Of a stretch of 64,000 nucleotides of DNA, positions 51,006-63,500 are shown piece by piece. A model generated the notes under the pieces. That model was given only the letters and a program-made list of their open reading frames with translations, was not told where the DNA came from and ran no database searches. How positions within the stretch are numbered: position 1 is the first letter of the stretch; every line of letters begins with the position of its first letter. Source of the DNA: Amoebophrya sp. A120 (Eukaryota > Protista > Dinoflagellata); the NCBI GenBank assembly GCA_905178155.1, contig CAJINV010000005.1, positions 7,618,989-7,682,988 of the forward strand. The letters run 5' to 3'. The translations under genes were made by a program, and so were the position numbers.

Positions 51006-52630
51006 GTCAAGCAAAACCGATCATGTTGTCTGCAGCCGACTCTTTTTGGTGGTGCGGTGCTAGCTCAACAAGGTCTGTACAGAAAAAGCCGAATCTGTTT
51101 TGTGAGTATCACCGAATGTACCACAGGGGCACTTACGCAAGCATGATTGCATTGCGGAACAGACAACGCGCAAGTGCTCGAAAACACATACTGATGTGGT
51201 ATTGGCGCCGGCGGGAATACCGACCGATCATTCGAATTCTGTTTCTGGTGGCAGAAAATTTCGTATAAAGCTCTCGTACACGTACTCAAGCTCATCTGCA
51301 AATCATTGGGCAATATTTTTTGTTTTTCTTCGCGGTGGAACGAATACAAAAGTCGGAGAAATAAAATAATTTTGGGTTCACGAGGCACAGGCTAGATACG
51401 GTTAAATGCGCAAGTTGTAAAGTAGTCGTAGTTCTTCTACTTCTTGCAGAAGCAGAGGCAGCGCATAAGTGCAGTGCAGTGGCTGTCGTTTGTGGAACTC
51501 AGGTTGAGGAAGCAGACTATATTTGCACACAAGAAATTAATTGGACGGAAGTGGTGGGCCCGACAAAGTTCGAAGGTGTTGTCGCGAGGCGTAGTATTTA
51601 TTGTATTGGAAGGTAGTACTAGTATTATAGTATTGGAAGGCCGGCGCAGAAGTCTTCGCATTGAGAAGTCGGGTCTCATCTTCACCTCTGCACAATCAGC
51701 AGTTGCTTCTTGTCTCCCGTACTGTTTCGGTTTCTCGCGTTGTTCTTCCCAGCAGGCCCACTTTTCAAGGAAGAAGAAGCACTCAACACCAAGCAAAACC
51801 GATCATGTTGTCTGATGTCAAGCAAAACCGATCATGTTGTCTGCAGCCGGCTCTTTTTCTGCCGTGCGGGTAAGTCAGTAAGTAAGTACTACAGGTAGAA
51901 GACCCACACAAAACCGAAATCTGGTTGTAGGTTTGTTTTCACCGAATGGAAAGAGGTACGGAAGCATAATACTGGTATTGCAGAACAACAGCCAACGCGG
52001 AGTTACGACAAAACACATACTGATGGAGTGTATTTGCGGGGATAAGTAGATTACCGAGCATTCGAATTCAATTCTGGTGACAGAAGTTTTGGTACTGTAA
52101 AGTATTTTTAAGCTCTCGTGCTCGTCAGCCTCAGGCTCATCTGCAGCGGGTCGTTCTTGCTGATATCGGCAACATTCATCTTTTTATTCACGCTAAAAGA
52201 AACGAATACGAATAAAGTCGGTGGGATTACAAATTTTGGGTGCAGGCTGGATATAGTTACATTCGAAAGTAAAAGTTGTAAGCTAGCGCGTAGTCCTAGG
52301 AGAAGTAGCAGCAGTCAGTCCATATCCATAAATTGGAGAAGTGCAGGGGTGGTTATTCAAGCTCAGTTGGAGGAAGCGGCTATCTTATTACACACAAGAA
52401 ATTGGGCGGACGTGCTGGTGGGCCTGATGAAGTTCTTCGAAGATCGTGTTGTGCCACGAGCAGGCGTAAGTAGTTATTTCGAGAATAATTCAGAAGTCCG
52501 GTCTCATCTTCACCGCTGTACAATCAGCAGCTGCTTCTTGCTTCCCGCACTGTTTCTGCTTCTCGCATTATTTCCAGCTGCTCCCGCACCACTTTTCGAG
52601 CAAGAAGAAGAAGAAGTACTCAGCACCAGA
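51006..52630. repeat. Diverged ~810-bp tandem duplication (51006-51815 vs 51816-52630)
   Basis: Colinear shared blocks caagcaaaaccgatcatgttgtctgcagccg, aaacacatactgatg, gctcatctgca, cacacaagaaatt, ggtctcatcttcacc, acaatcagcag. Confidence 0.8.
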
Positions 52631-55375
52631 ACGTGCTTGCTCGTCTCAATCCGCACGCCGCCCTCCTGTTCGATTTCGTTCGTACTGCCCAATCCGAATC
52701 TGGAGGAGATATCCTTGTCTCGAGTAATCACCAGACGCCAGTTGGAAAAGGATTCGAACTTCTTTTTCTGTTCTTTCAATTCCCTTTTCCGCGAGAAAGC
52801 GAGCTGTTTCAGTTGGTTGTATTTTTCTTGCAGTTTCTCATGCTGGTTCTGCAGGACGGAATTATATTGATGTTCTGTTGTACCGATCGAAGATGCAGCG
52901 CCGCCTCCTGCTGCATCGGCGGAAAGACCAGTTGGCAGCTGCCCAACCACACCGAAACTCGAGGAATTTGTAGCAGTGCTGAGATTCGCTGGTGTGAAGC
53001 GATTCCCGAATCTCGTGTGCATGGAATTACTCGCTCCAACGAGGTATCCTGTGCGAAAGTATCGTACTCGTAGTAATCGCACTTATGCATCACAAATCCA
53101 CTTGTTAAGGTAAATCCGCATTTAGAAACTTAATTTGTAATGCTGAGCTAATTATTTGTATTGCGATTTATACTAGTACGATGCGTTTGCACTTCATACG
53201 AGACTGCTGTTGTTTGAAGGTCCACAGGAACTTGCAATGCTATTGTGCATCGGGGGCTCCACAAGGCTGATGGAGACGCTGTTGCTGGCGCTGTGGAGCG
53301 ACGACGTCTGGATGTTCTTGTAACCAGCAGCAGTAGCAGTAGCACTATCCTCCTCCACTGTGGTTGACTTGGACTGCAAACCAGTGGTATTTTGACCCTG
53401 CTTGCTGGTTCCACCGCCTCCATTCAGCACATTCTTCCTCACTTCTACCCTGGGCGTCCGCAGCTTGCTCGGCTTCAACTCGTCACTATCCGCCGTGTTG
53501 GCTCTTGTTCGCTGTTTCGGCTGAAACATCAGACTGTGTGCGTTCGAGTTGTTCCTCGGCCGTTGCTTCAGCGGACTGGGGATCTTTGTTGGCAACTGCA
53601 GCAGCGCTTTCGAGTTGTTGTTTGTCATTCCTGTCGAGAAGCTAGAACTTCCGCTGTTTCTTCTTTGCTCCTGATCGAGAACCTGATCCGTCGTCCTAGA
53701 ACTGGTGTTTTCATCTCCGTCCCCAGAAGACTGCGAGTCGCGCTTCAGTTGACTCACCACAGATGAATCATGGTCTTTCTCATTCAACGGTGGATACAGG
53801 ACTTCTTGTTTTTGTAAGATTTGCGCACTCTGTTGGATCACCAGGGAACTGGCCTTCTCCACCATAGCACCGATGTTCTTCAGCTGGGCCAAGGCGAAGT
53901 GGTTCACGCCAGATGTTGCGGAAGTACAACTAGACGATGTGTCGGCTAGTATTTGCGGCTGCTGATGCTGCTGGAACCCAGATGAATCAGGAAAAGCAGC
54001 AGGCCCGTGATCTTCATTGCTGTTTGTCGTCGATTTGGTTTTCACCTGCTCCATCCACCACCAATTTTGCTCCCGAAGTTTCTGTCGTTCCTGCTTATTC
54101 ATCTTCGGTTGCAGCTGGCGGGAAGCAGAGGATGAACTAGCAGAGTTTGTTGTGCTACGGGGAACTACACCTCCACCGGTCGTCAGGTAGTTGTTAGTTG
54201 TACCAGCACCACCTCCCAGAGCAGCAGAAACAAGCGCTCCCGGTTGGAAGTTTAAACTCGAAGTGGTTGATGTAATAGTACCACCAGCCCCTGCCCCTGC
54301 CCCTGCAGTGCCAATCGGGTGTCCGGCCAGTCCTCCAGCAGTCGCGCTTGTGGCCGCAAACGGAACCACGTTGATGGCAGGAGTTGTAGTTCCGAGCAAC
54401 CGTGGCTGCGTCGTGGTAGTCGGGGTGGGGATATGAACTGCAAAAGTATCGTATTCGTATAAATGCATTACAAATTTCCTCAGCATGAGAAATAAAATTT
54501 GTACTGCGAATTTACCTTGAGAAAAAGATTTGTAATGCATGATTGCAATACGAGTGCGATACTTTTGCACAGGATAGGGGATTTTCACAGACACACCTCC
54601 AGCGCCAGGTGGTTGCTGCAAGGAGGTGCCTGCTGTTGCCCCGTGGCCTCCTACTGTAGTAGAAGTCATCGCGGACGCAGACGTGTTCTGGTACAGGGTA
54701 GCAGAGTGGAGCTGGTTTTTTTTTTTTTGTGGTGAATCTGTCATGCAGAATCAGATTCAGAAAGGGATGAAGAGAGGTTTACTTTATGATCTGCGTCACT
54801 CTCACTACCTTGATCTATCATTTTTTTCATAGCACGACAAACGATGATTTATCTTCTTCGTATGAGAATACCCTCGCTCCTCCGGCATGACTGGAACTGC
54901 TGCTGCTGCTGCCTCCTCCGGCGATTCCGTTACCGACATGCTCCCTCGCCACCAACAGCGGGCTCCTCGTCTGGTACAGCTGGATCGGTATCCACAGTAA
55001 ATTTCCTGTACAAACATGTACAAAAACAAATAATGCGGTCCCTGCATGACAAGATTTTGTTGTAATAATTCTAGTCAGCATGACTAGCGGCATGCTCCAA
55101 GTTGGTGAAATTTGTGATGCATTTTGTACATGTACTACAGGAAATCGAAATAGTTTGTATTGCATACTCGGCGTGGTCGTAGTACTGAGAATCGGCGTGG
55201 TGCTCCTGGACTGGCCAGACGCAAATTGGCTTACGACTCCGGAAGTCGGCCGTTGCGTGGAGACGCTGGCGCACCGGGAGGGCTGGTTCGAAGCACCAGG
55301 TGGCGCGGCGTGGAGGGTGCTGCTTGTCGGTGTGCCTGCGGTCGTCACGCAACGAGGTGCGGGGAAAAGAGACAT
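52510..55375 (-). CDS. Low-complexity S/T/G/Q-rich hypothetical protein with a short coiled coil near the C-terminus
   Basis: ORF pieces join in frame after removing TIR introns 54989-55166, 54432-54576, 53045-53198 and GT-AG intron 54712-54871. Confidence 0.7.
53045..53198. mobile_element. TIR introner, family B
   Basis: Family B ends; TSD cgagg/cgaga. Confidence 0.9.
54432..54576. mobile_element. TIR introner, family B (in-frame, stop-free on the coding strand)
   Basis: tatgaactgcaaaagtatcg ... cgatacttttgcacaggata; TSD gggga/gggga. Confidence 0.92.
54989..55166. mobile_element. TIR introner, family D
   Basis: tatccacagtaaatttcctgtac ... tttgtattgcata; TSD atcgg/ctcgg. Confidence 0.9.
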
Positions 55376-56791
55376 TTCGATTTTTGTAGTCGCGATACAG
55401 ATTCAGAAAGAAAAGCCAAAACTACTGTCGATGATCGCATAGAAGACACGACTCCAACTCTGATTCAAAAGACGAGGCTAGCGCTAGTGCCTTCCATCCG
55501 GCGACAGTCAACAGGTGGACCCGCCTGGCTCTCGTCGACATCGACAAACGACAAAGAAACCGAACTTCTACACAAGAACGAACATCACTCCTGCTCTCTC
55601 ACCTCTCTCTATCACGATAGAGGGCCACGACGAAAAACTCAAAGTGTTGCTGCGGGCCAAATCGCTCGATCGATGGAGGACTTCAAAAGAGACATGGTTG
55701 GGTGCACATGTAAAAGTCACGTCGAGGACGAGCAGGGACTTGCATCCTGCATGCCAATAGGACCAAGGTGCGAAAACACTCATCCAATCGTTCAATCTAC
55801 TCTTCAACATCGAGCTGCAACGTACTACACAATCCGGTGAACAAGAGGGCCGCGGCGCTGTGCAAAACTTTTGCCGACGCGTGGCACGACTGCAGCGAGC
55901 TGGGCTGCAAAGCTCGAGCCCCAAGAGAAAAGTATACTTGTTTTTCAAGACAAAAGTCTGCGGAGGTGAAGTTGGGTTGTGTGGTGCGACAGCGTCTATC
56001 TGCCCCGCAGCGCAGATTTGTTTCAACTTTCTAAACTTCACAGCACTAAATTCTTCTATCACCACTCGACTTTTTGATCAGCATGAAAAGCGCACTTTTG
56101 CCAATGAACTTCTTATGTCTCGATCTGTCATGCGAATTTCAAAAAAAGTCAATCTTGTTGATCACGGATCCGGGTCGTAAAAAATGCCTTCGACTTTTTG
56201 ATCGATGTTTTTTTGAAACCCCGGCCCGTGATCATAACGAAATCAGGGTGGTGCTACTGTAGTGGTTTCCTTAAGCTTCGTAGATTTCAGTTACTTTCAG
56301 TCCTTCTTTTTCTTCTTGCATTACCTTTCGAAAAAACTTTTAGCATCACACTTTTCCTTTCGCTTGCGTTGCTGTTCTAAAAATTGCATCTTACACGTCA
56401 ACCATAAACATCCTCACTGACATTACAATTCGAAAAAACACTCGTAACGTTTTTAGCATTATAATCCTATAGAACCTCTGTAAAGCAAGACTTTCCATCC
56501 AGAGCCCGCTAAGTCATATTAATGCAGTACCTACTTAAAAATCCTACGAGTAATGACCAAAACCATAGAAATAAACGCAGGTTGTAAAGCTAAAACGTTT
56601 CCAATTTTAATACACTTTCGTGAGAGCTAATTGTAATTTCTTCTACTCCTTTACCTTTGCAGCGCGTCGATCTTTGTCGTGCTGTAGTGCTTCTTTTTAC
56701 ATCTCGTTTGCACAGAGCTACGGGCGGTAGATGAACGGCGTAGAACGGCACTCCAAAGTAGGAGAAACCACCAGGACCAGATCGAGACAGG

Positions 56792-58175
56792 TCAACAAGA
56801 CCAGGTCGCCTGGTTTGTCCGTTGCTGTATGTCCAATGCGAGAGAGAACAGGTTCTCCTGACCCGGACCACCACCCCTGATTCTTCCACACACGATATCA
56901 CACAGAAAAAAGCTGGCAGGGCACATTTGTAATGCAAAACTAAATACACAAAAAAACCTGTATTGCATATCGGAAGCAGCATGCTATGGGGCAACCCGTG
57001 ACAAGTTTCTGATCTGCGTGTGTTTATTTTTGCATTACAAATATGCCCTGTCAGCTTTTTTCTGTGTGATACACGACGAGGCTCGGAGCACTGGGAAGAA
57101 GCACTATGTTGTCCTCATTCCATTTCTATCAGATGTAAAAGTGTCCGGGTCTGGAAACTTGTGATGCTGGGTGGCGTCTCAAGATGAGGCCACAAATGCT
57201 GGCTCAGCATGATAAGTTTCTGAGCTTCTAGGTGTTGCCTATTCTGCATGACAAACTGCGTTCCTGCATCACAGAAAAATGGAGCTCTTGTGTAAGTAAC
57301 GTGCCTGACAGATTTAAGAGTCATGCCAGACAAGCATGACAAACATGCATTCTTCCAGACCCAGACATTTTTGCACTTGATAATTTCCAGCCTGCTAGCT
57401 TGTCCAAGTCCTCGTGCGAAAGCCGCACACGCTTTGTGAATATGCGAAACCGACCGAAGCCGTCGCCATATCTCCGGCCCGGAAGGTCGAGCAGAAGAAA
57501 CACGTTGTTCATCGGGTCAACATCGTCAATGTTGTACCCCGGCGGCCGGACACGTGGATAAGCGTATGCAGGATTCCATCGGGGACGAAGCGGCTCGACA
57601 GACGGCTGGATAAATAACGGCTGCGCTTGCGGCCCTGGCTCGCGCAGTGCGTTTTCCAGGAGATGCAGAAAATACCGAAAGCTGTCATCTAGGGTCTGCG
57701 CTGGTTTTTTGTAGTTTATCTTCGTCCTGCTGTCCGCGTTGGTCCTCAAGTTCTCGGGCTCGACGTAGGATAACAACTGTGTCGCGAAACCCATCTCCGG
57801 GAGGGTGCTCGCGACCACAGAACCGCGAAAGAGGCGACTAGCACCGCGAATGGGGCCTGCCTGCTGACCGGGGTAGAGCAGCAGGTGGCAAAACCGTTTC
57901 CAGGAGTGTTCCTTCAGACGCTCACCCTTTTCATAGAGTTCTCGGTCCTTTGCTAAAGTTAGCCAGTTGTTTCCCGATGCCGATGGTCCCCGGCCCGATG
58001 CCGGTGGTCCGGTCAACACGGCGTCAAAAATGGCGTGCAGCGGAAATTCTGCCAGAAAGGAACAAACATGGGCCACTACAGGATCATCAAGGTCAAGAGG
58101 ACCCGCAACCGCGGCAAGGGACGGGCCAGTGAGACAGAAAATGCCGAAGAGCAGCCGCGATCGCACAGACATCAT
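56792..58175 (-). CDS. Hypothetical protein with predicted signal peptide; two TIR introns
   Basis: MMSVRSRLLFGIFCLTGPSLA.. N-terminus; in-frame joins ..AGWK-WNEDNIVLLPSAPSLVV-CGRIRG..TWSC*. Confidence 0.65.
56896..57071. mobile_element. TIR introner, family K (long ~55-bp TIR)
   Basis: tatcacacagaaaaaagctggcagggcacatttgtaatgcaaaa ... ttttgcattacaaatatgccctgtcagcttttttctgtgtgata; TSD cacga/cacga. Confidence 0.93.
57127..57382. mobile_element. TIR introner, family A (A1, reverse orientation)
   Basis: Reverse complement of the 40424-type interior; TSD atttc/atttc. Confidence 0.93.
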
Positions 58176-60595
58176 CGTGTGCGCTTTGATGCTAGAAAGG
58201 TAGGGTTGGCGATGGTGCCTCGTCAAGAAAAATACCTATCTGTCTTCTATATTAAGAAAAATACTTAGCTGTGCTGTTCGTCAAAAGTTAACGAGGACTG
58301 CGAAAATTTTACTACTTAGAGTCGAGCGATCGTCCCCTCTTTTATTCAGTCTGTAGGTGGTGCAAGTGTAGAGCTTAGCTTTGTTTACTTAACTTAGGCT
58401 AGGGAGCAAAAGTTCAGCAGCGTAGCACGCGTCTAGTACCCTGTAAAAAAAAAAAAATGAAAGCAACGCGCGTTTTCTTTTTTCAGAGCGGCAGGATGTT
58501 GAGCATTAAAATTTTGTGTGTGTAGCTGCAGGAAGAGTTTTTCACTATTCGATGATCGTTAATATGGATATGCGATGATCGTCCTCCGTAGACTGCTACC
58601 ATGCTCGCCGGAACCACGATGCCAGGCGGTCCATTCTGATCTTTTTTTACTCGTTCGCTGATCACCTCCGTTCTCTACACCTGACTCGGATCAAGGTCCG
58701 CGCTAGGCTTGGCGGTGCGAGAAGTTGACTACTGCACCTCGATAAATATGATCTTCTTTCGCCAATTTTGCGCAGGACCGTCCCCGTCGTGCTCGTGCCT
58801 GAGACGAGTAATATTATTATGTAGAAGCACATGAAGATTGTTCGTTCAGGTGTGCAACTACTACAGGTCGTGATCCTTCCTTTTCGATTTTGCTCACTCT
58901 TTCATTTTCATCGCGAGAAGGTCGTGGATCACTGTGATGTCGAGCGCCACGATTTATTGATCAGGATCAGGTAGAGCTAGATAAGACGATCCTCGTTTAA
59001 TCTAATGCGTGTTTTTGATCCCTTATGTTGCTCTCCGCGCGGCTCTTGGAAGTTTTCTTCCCCTTGCCGGACAGGCTTGTGTTGTCAAATGAAATTTCGC
59101 GCAACAGATGTGTAAGAACAAAGAACTCCGAGACTTCTTAATTATATTTTTTTTGGATTTTTTTCATTTCAAAACTGGGTCGAAAATTTGTGCGAGAAAA
59201 TCCTACGGCGCAAAGTGCAGCACGTAAAAATGAAAAATGCATACTCGATGCATTGGCAGCATCTTCTTCGAAACTTTGTATTGTCATTTCCTCTAGCACC
59301 TCCTTGCGTTTATTCCGCTCTGTGCCAGCTCTTTCTCTACTCAATACCCAGGGGGGAATAAGTGTAAGAGTATGAAAGGCAGGGGCCGCGGTCTTCTACA
59401 TTGTTGTTGTCAAAAATTACCGACGCAGGAGGAGCTATTTTTATATTTTCTTTCGTGTCGTGCTTACTGTTACTTCTAAATGTCGTTCATTTCGCAGAAA
59501 AAATATTGTCTTCAAAATGAAGTTGGCTTGAGTTTTTCCATAGCCGTGACGCGACTAGGATTCGATGAGTGACTAGGATTAGCATTGTTTGCGCAATGTG
59601 CCATCAACTCTATTACGACGAGAAGAGAGATCATAGCACACAGCGCTTTCAAAATCATTTCTAGATACTATTGGGATGCTGGAGCTGACAAACACAAGCA
59701 ACGCGGTCCCTTTTACTTTATACTCATAGTTCTTTTCCTCGTTGTCGTTTGGATGCAAAAAAAAATGATAAAAGTCGTCGCAAAGTGCGTAGGTCATTTT
59801 AGAGAAAAAAAACAATATTAACGATCATTGAAAAGCGTCAAAAACATACGAGTTATATCTAGTTCTTTATACTGCTTCTTGTTAGGTATTTTTCCCTGAC
59901 GGCTGGAGGCAGGGAATATGCGTTGCAAATATGCTTGGGTCGGGAAAAAAATGGAACTTGTGATGCACGACCAAAAGTTTTTCAGCTCGTCGTGCAAAAT
60001 GAGTATGAGTCAGCAGTAAAATTGCATATACATCTCTGTTTCTTCTTGTGCCAAGGATTTCGCTTTTTTTCAGATGAAATGACCTTCAAGTATTAAAAGG
60101 TCTCCTGATATAGCGAGCTAATGCTAAAAAAGTTGTATCCGTACTAATCGGTAATTTTGCCTGTAAGAAAACGCTTGCACTAAGTATCCGTACTATGCGT
60201 GACTTCCTTACTTAACCACACGCTGCGGCGGAAGCGCCACTGCTGACAAGAAAGTAAATGTAAATATATCCAAAAGATAGGTCTATCGATGCTGGTGGTG
60301 CTCTTGACATCAATATCAATTCCAAGGGTGGTAAAGTAGATTAGATGGAACGCTTAATAAATCTAAAACTAGTGTTAAAGGAGGGTCCAACTGTACTACT
60401 TTATCGTCTTTTGTTGCTGAAGCGCGGAGGTGGACCATACCGTACGAAGAAAAAGACAGAATTATAAATATACCTGGTGGATCATATAATCGCGATGGTT
60501 AGTTTGCCCTAGATGACTACGTTGTTCGAATGCGTGAAATGAATTTTATTTATTTCGCAGAAATAATTATACGAGCTTTTTACTCCTCGTCAAGG

Positions 60596-63500
60596 TCACC
60601 TCTTCGGGGCGTTTTTGCTGTTTCCCCTCGCGGCTCTCGCTGGACTAGTTAACGGTTTCTTGTTCATCTGCAACTGCTGCTGACTACCTTGAGATGAATC
60701 AATTTTTCCCTGCTTTTTCCCACCCGTTAATACCACAGTTGGCTTCGCATTTTCATTTCCATTCGCTGCCGAGGAGGAGGAGGCTCCTGCGCTATTCGAG
60801 CTGCTGCTACTCGACGAGGACACAGCTGCACCTCCACGGGACTGGGGTTGCGCACCTCCTCGTCCTCGTCCTGGTGACGACACAGTACTTTTCTTACCCG
60901 CAGCTACAACAGAAGTTGTAGATGAGGTCGGGGCGCCGGCCTTGGCCACTGAAGTGGAGCGCGAGCCTGCTTGTTTAGAAGTACCACCACCACCAGCTTT
61001 AATCACACCAGCGCCAGCAGATGAAGATGATGCCACTTTCGATGCGCTCGGCTTCGCACGGCTAGCGGTGTTAGTGATCCCGGCACGGAGGTTTTTGTGG
61101 AGCAGACCCCCGGCCTTCTGTCTATTCGCGGCCGGCGTTTGCTGGACCACAGCACGGGAGGCTTTTATCAAATGCAAAAGTGTCTGGGTCTGGAAACTTG
61201 TGATGCTGGGCGGCGTATCAAGAGGAGGCCACAAGTGCTGGCTCAGCATGACAAGTTTCTGAGCTTCTAGGTGGTGTTGCCTACTCTGCATGACAGACTG
61301 CGTTTCTGCATGACAGAAAAGTGGGGCTCTTGGGTAACGTGCATGACAGATTTAAAAGTCATGCCGGAGAAGCATGACAAACATGCAGATGCACTCTTCC
61401 AGACCCAGACATTTTTGCATTTTATAGCTTTATTGATGCTACTAGACGGTTTCTTCGCTGGCGCCTTGGCGTTGTTCGAAGAAGAAGCTGCGGTATGCCA
61501 GCCTCAGGTTGGAAATCCTCAGAGTGGAAATGCTTTGTAATGCAAAAAAACGACTCCAGTTGAAGCGGCATTTGTAGTAGGCGCATGACAAATTTCCCGG
61601 GCACTTACAGCATGTTTGTCATGCAGGTTAAGGCAAGGGGGTGCCCTTCTGTCGTGCTAAGCAGCACTCCAATTATTCACCCCTAGCAGGACAATAGTCA
61701 GCCTCCATTGCGTCCTCTGCAATACAGTCTTTTTTGCGTCGCATTTCATGCATCACAAACCATTTCCCTTTGGAGGATTTCCATTCTGAGGCTTTCATAT
61801 GCGGTTGTATTCTGTTTCATCGCGGCCTGCTGCTGTTTCATTTCCTGCTCGAGAGCAAGTGCAGCCTGTTTTTCCTTTTCCTGCCGTTCCTATCCTGTGT
61901 AAAAACGTCCCCACACCATAGTTGTCATGCAACTCTGCATGCTTAGAATTTTTCTCATGCGGAGCCCCATGAGAAGCATTCTCTAATGTGGTTTTGACAT
62001 TTGTCATGCTCCAATCAGCATGAGATACTAGATCTGTAATGCTGCTGAACTAGCTCAAACAGCACCACACTACGCGTCCAAATTTGTCATGCCAAACAAC
62101 CAAAGCTGTGTGATTTGTCTAGCACATTCCCCATGTTGACTCTGGTGTGGGGACGTTTTTACACAGGATAGTTCCTGCTCCATCTTTTGTCTCTCCTGCT
62201 GCTCGCGCAGAAACTGCTCCTCCTCCAATTATGCATTCGCAAATACCATGTCTGGGTCTGGAAGATTGTCACGCATCATCTGTAGGACTAGGATCTATCA
62301 CACAGTAGATGGTGGTCGTCTGGAATGCGAATGCACGAAAGCGCGTCACATACTACGGAAGAGCTTCGTAATTTAATTACGAAGCTCTTTCCGCATGAGA
62401 GATTCGCCCTTTGTATCGGGAGTTGTGACGGACTTTTCTTTGGCGTTCACGCAAGAACACATACTTGTGTACGATCTAGACTTGGCATGACATTGACAAG
62501 TTCCAGACGCAGACATATTTATTAGTTTGCAGTGGATACCAATCTTTCCCGGGCAATTCTCATCCGCACCTCGTCCTGTTTCGAAAAGCGCTCCTGCCAC
62601 TCCTTATCGCAAGAAAAAACTGCTTCACTGTAAACTTGTGATGCATAAAATGGAACGCAAACGCGTTTGTCTTGCTATACATGCAAGACATTGGCTTTTT
62701 CAGTGTGTTTTCCATTGCGAAGTACGCATGGCAAGTTTTCTTTGCCATGTGTAACAAATTTGTCATACAAAACTTGCAAAATCCTTACAGTGAAACAGTT
62801 TTTTCTCACGATACTCCTCCGGTAGAGAGTAGTGTTCCAGCCACTGTTGCAACAAAGCCGACTCCATCGCCTTCATATTCTTCTTTTCCGCGATTGTCAG
62901 CCGCGGGTCGTGAATCCGGCACGCCGGCTATCCTGAGTAAAAACGTCCCTACCGCAGAGTTGTCAGGCAAATCTGCATGCCAAAAAAGTTTGTCATGCGG
63001 AGCGCGATGAGAGGCATTCTCTAGTAGCCATGTTCTGGAATTTGTGATGCTATAATCAGCATGATAGGCTAGATCTGTGTTGCTGCTGAACTACTTAAAC
63101 AGGATTAAGATTACACTACAAGGAAAAACTTGCCATGCCAAACGACCAAAGCTGGTTGATTTGTCTAGCAGATTTCCCATCTTAACTCTGCTGATGTCGG
63201 GACGGTTTTACAAATGATACCGGGCGCTTCACATTTCTGTCCTCGATTTTCCAACCCCGGTGCAGCGCCGGGGGGTCCACGCTGCCTTTCAACTTCTGCC
63301 GGGTCATATGGATTGCAAAAGTGTCTGGGTCTGGAAGAGTGGAACTTGTAATGCTGTCTGCGGATTCTAAAAATATCTGTGTTGCATGAGCAGCAAGAGG
63401 AGTCAGTTCTTGGCACGCGGAAAGGGGGGCTTTTCTCATGCGTAATTAGCATCAAGAAGCTCTGCTCAAAAAATCTGTGATGCTAGTACCAGCATCACAG

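Noticed and set aside
55160-56180. Short ORFs between the 55375 and 56792 genes
   Set aside because: No motif, homology or splice support; left unannotated
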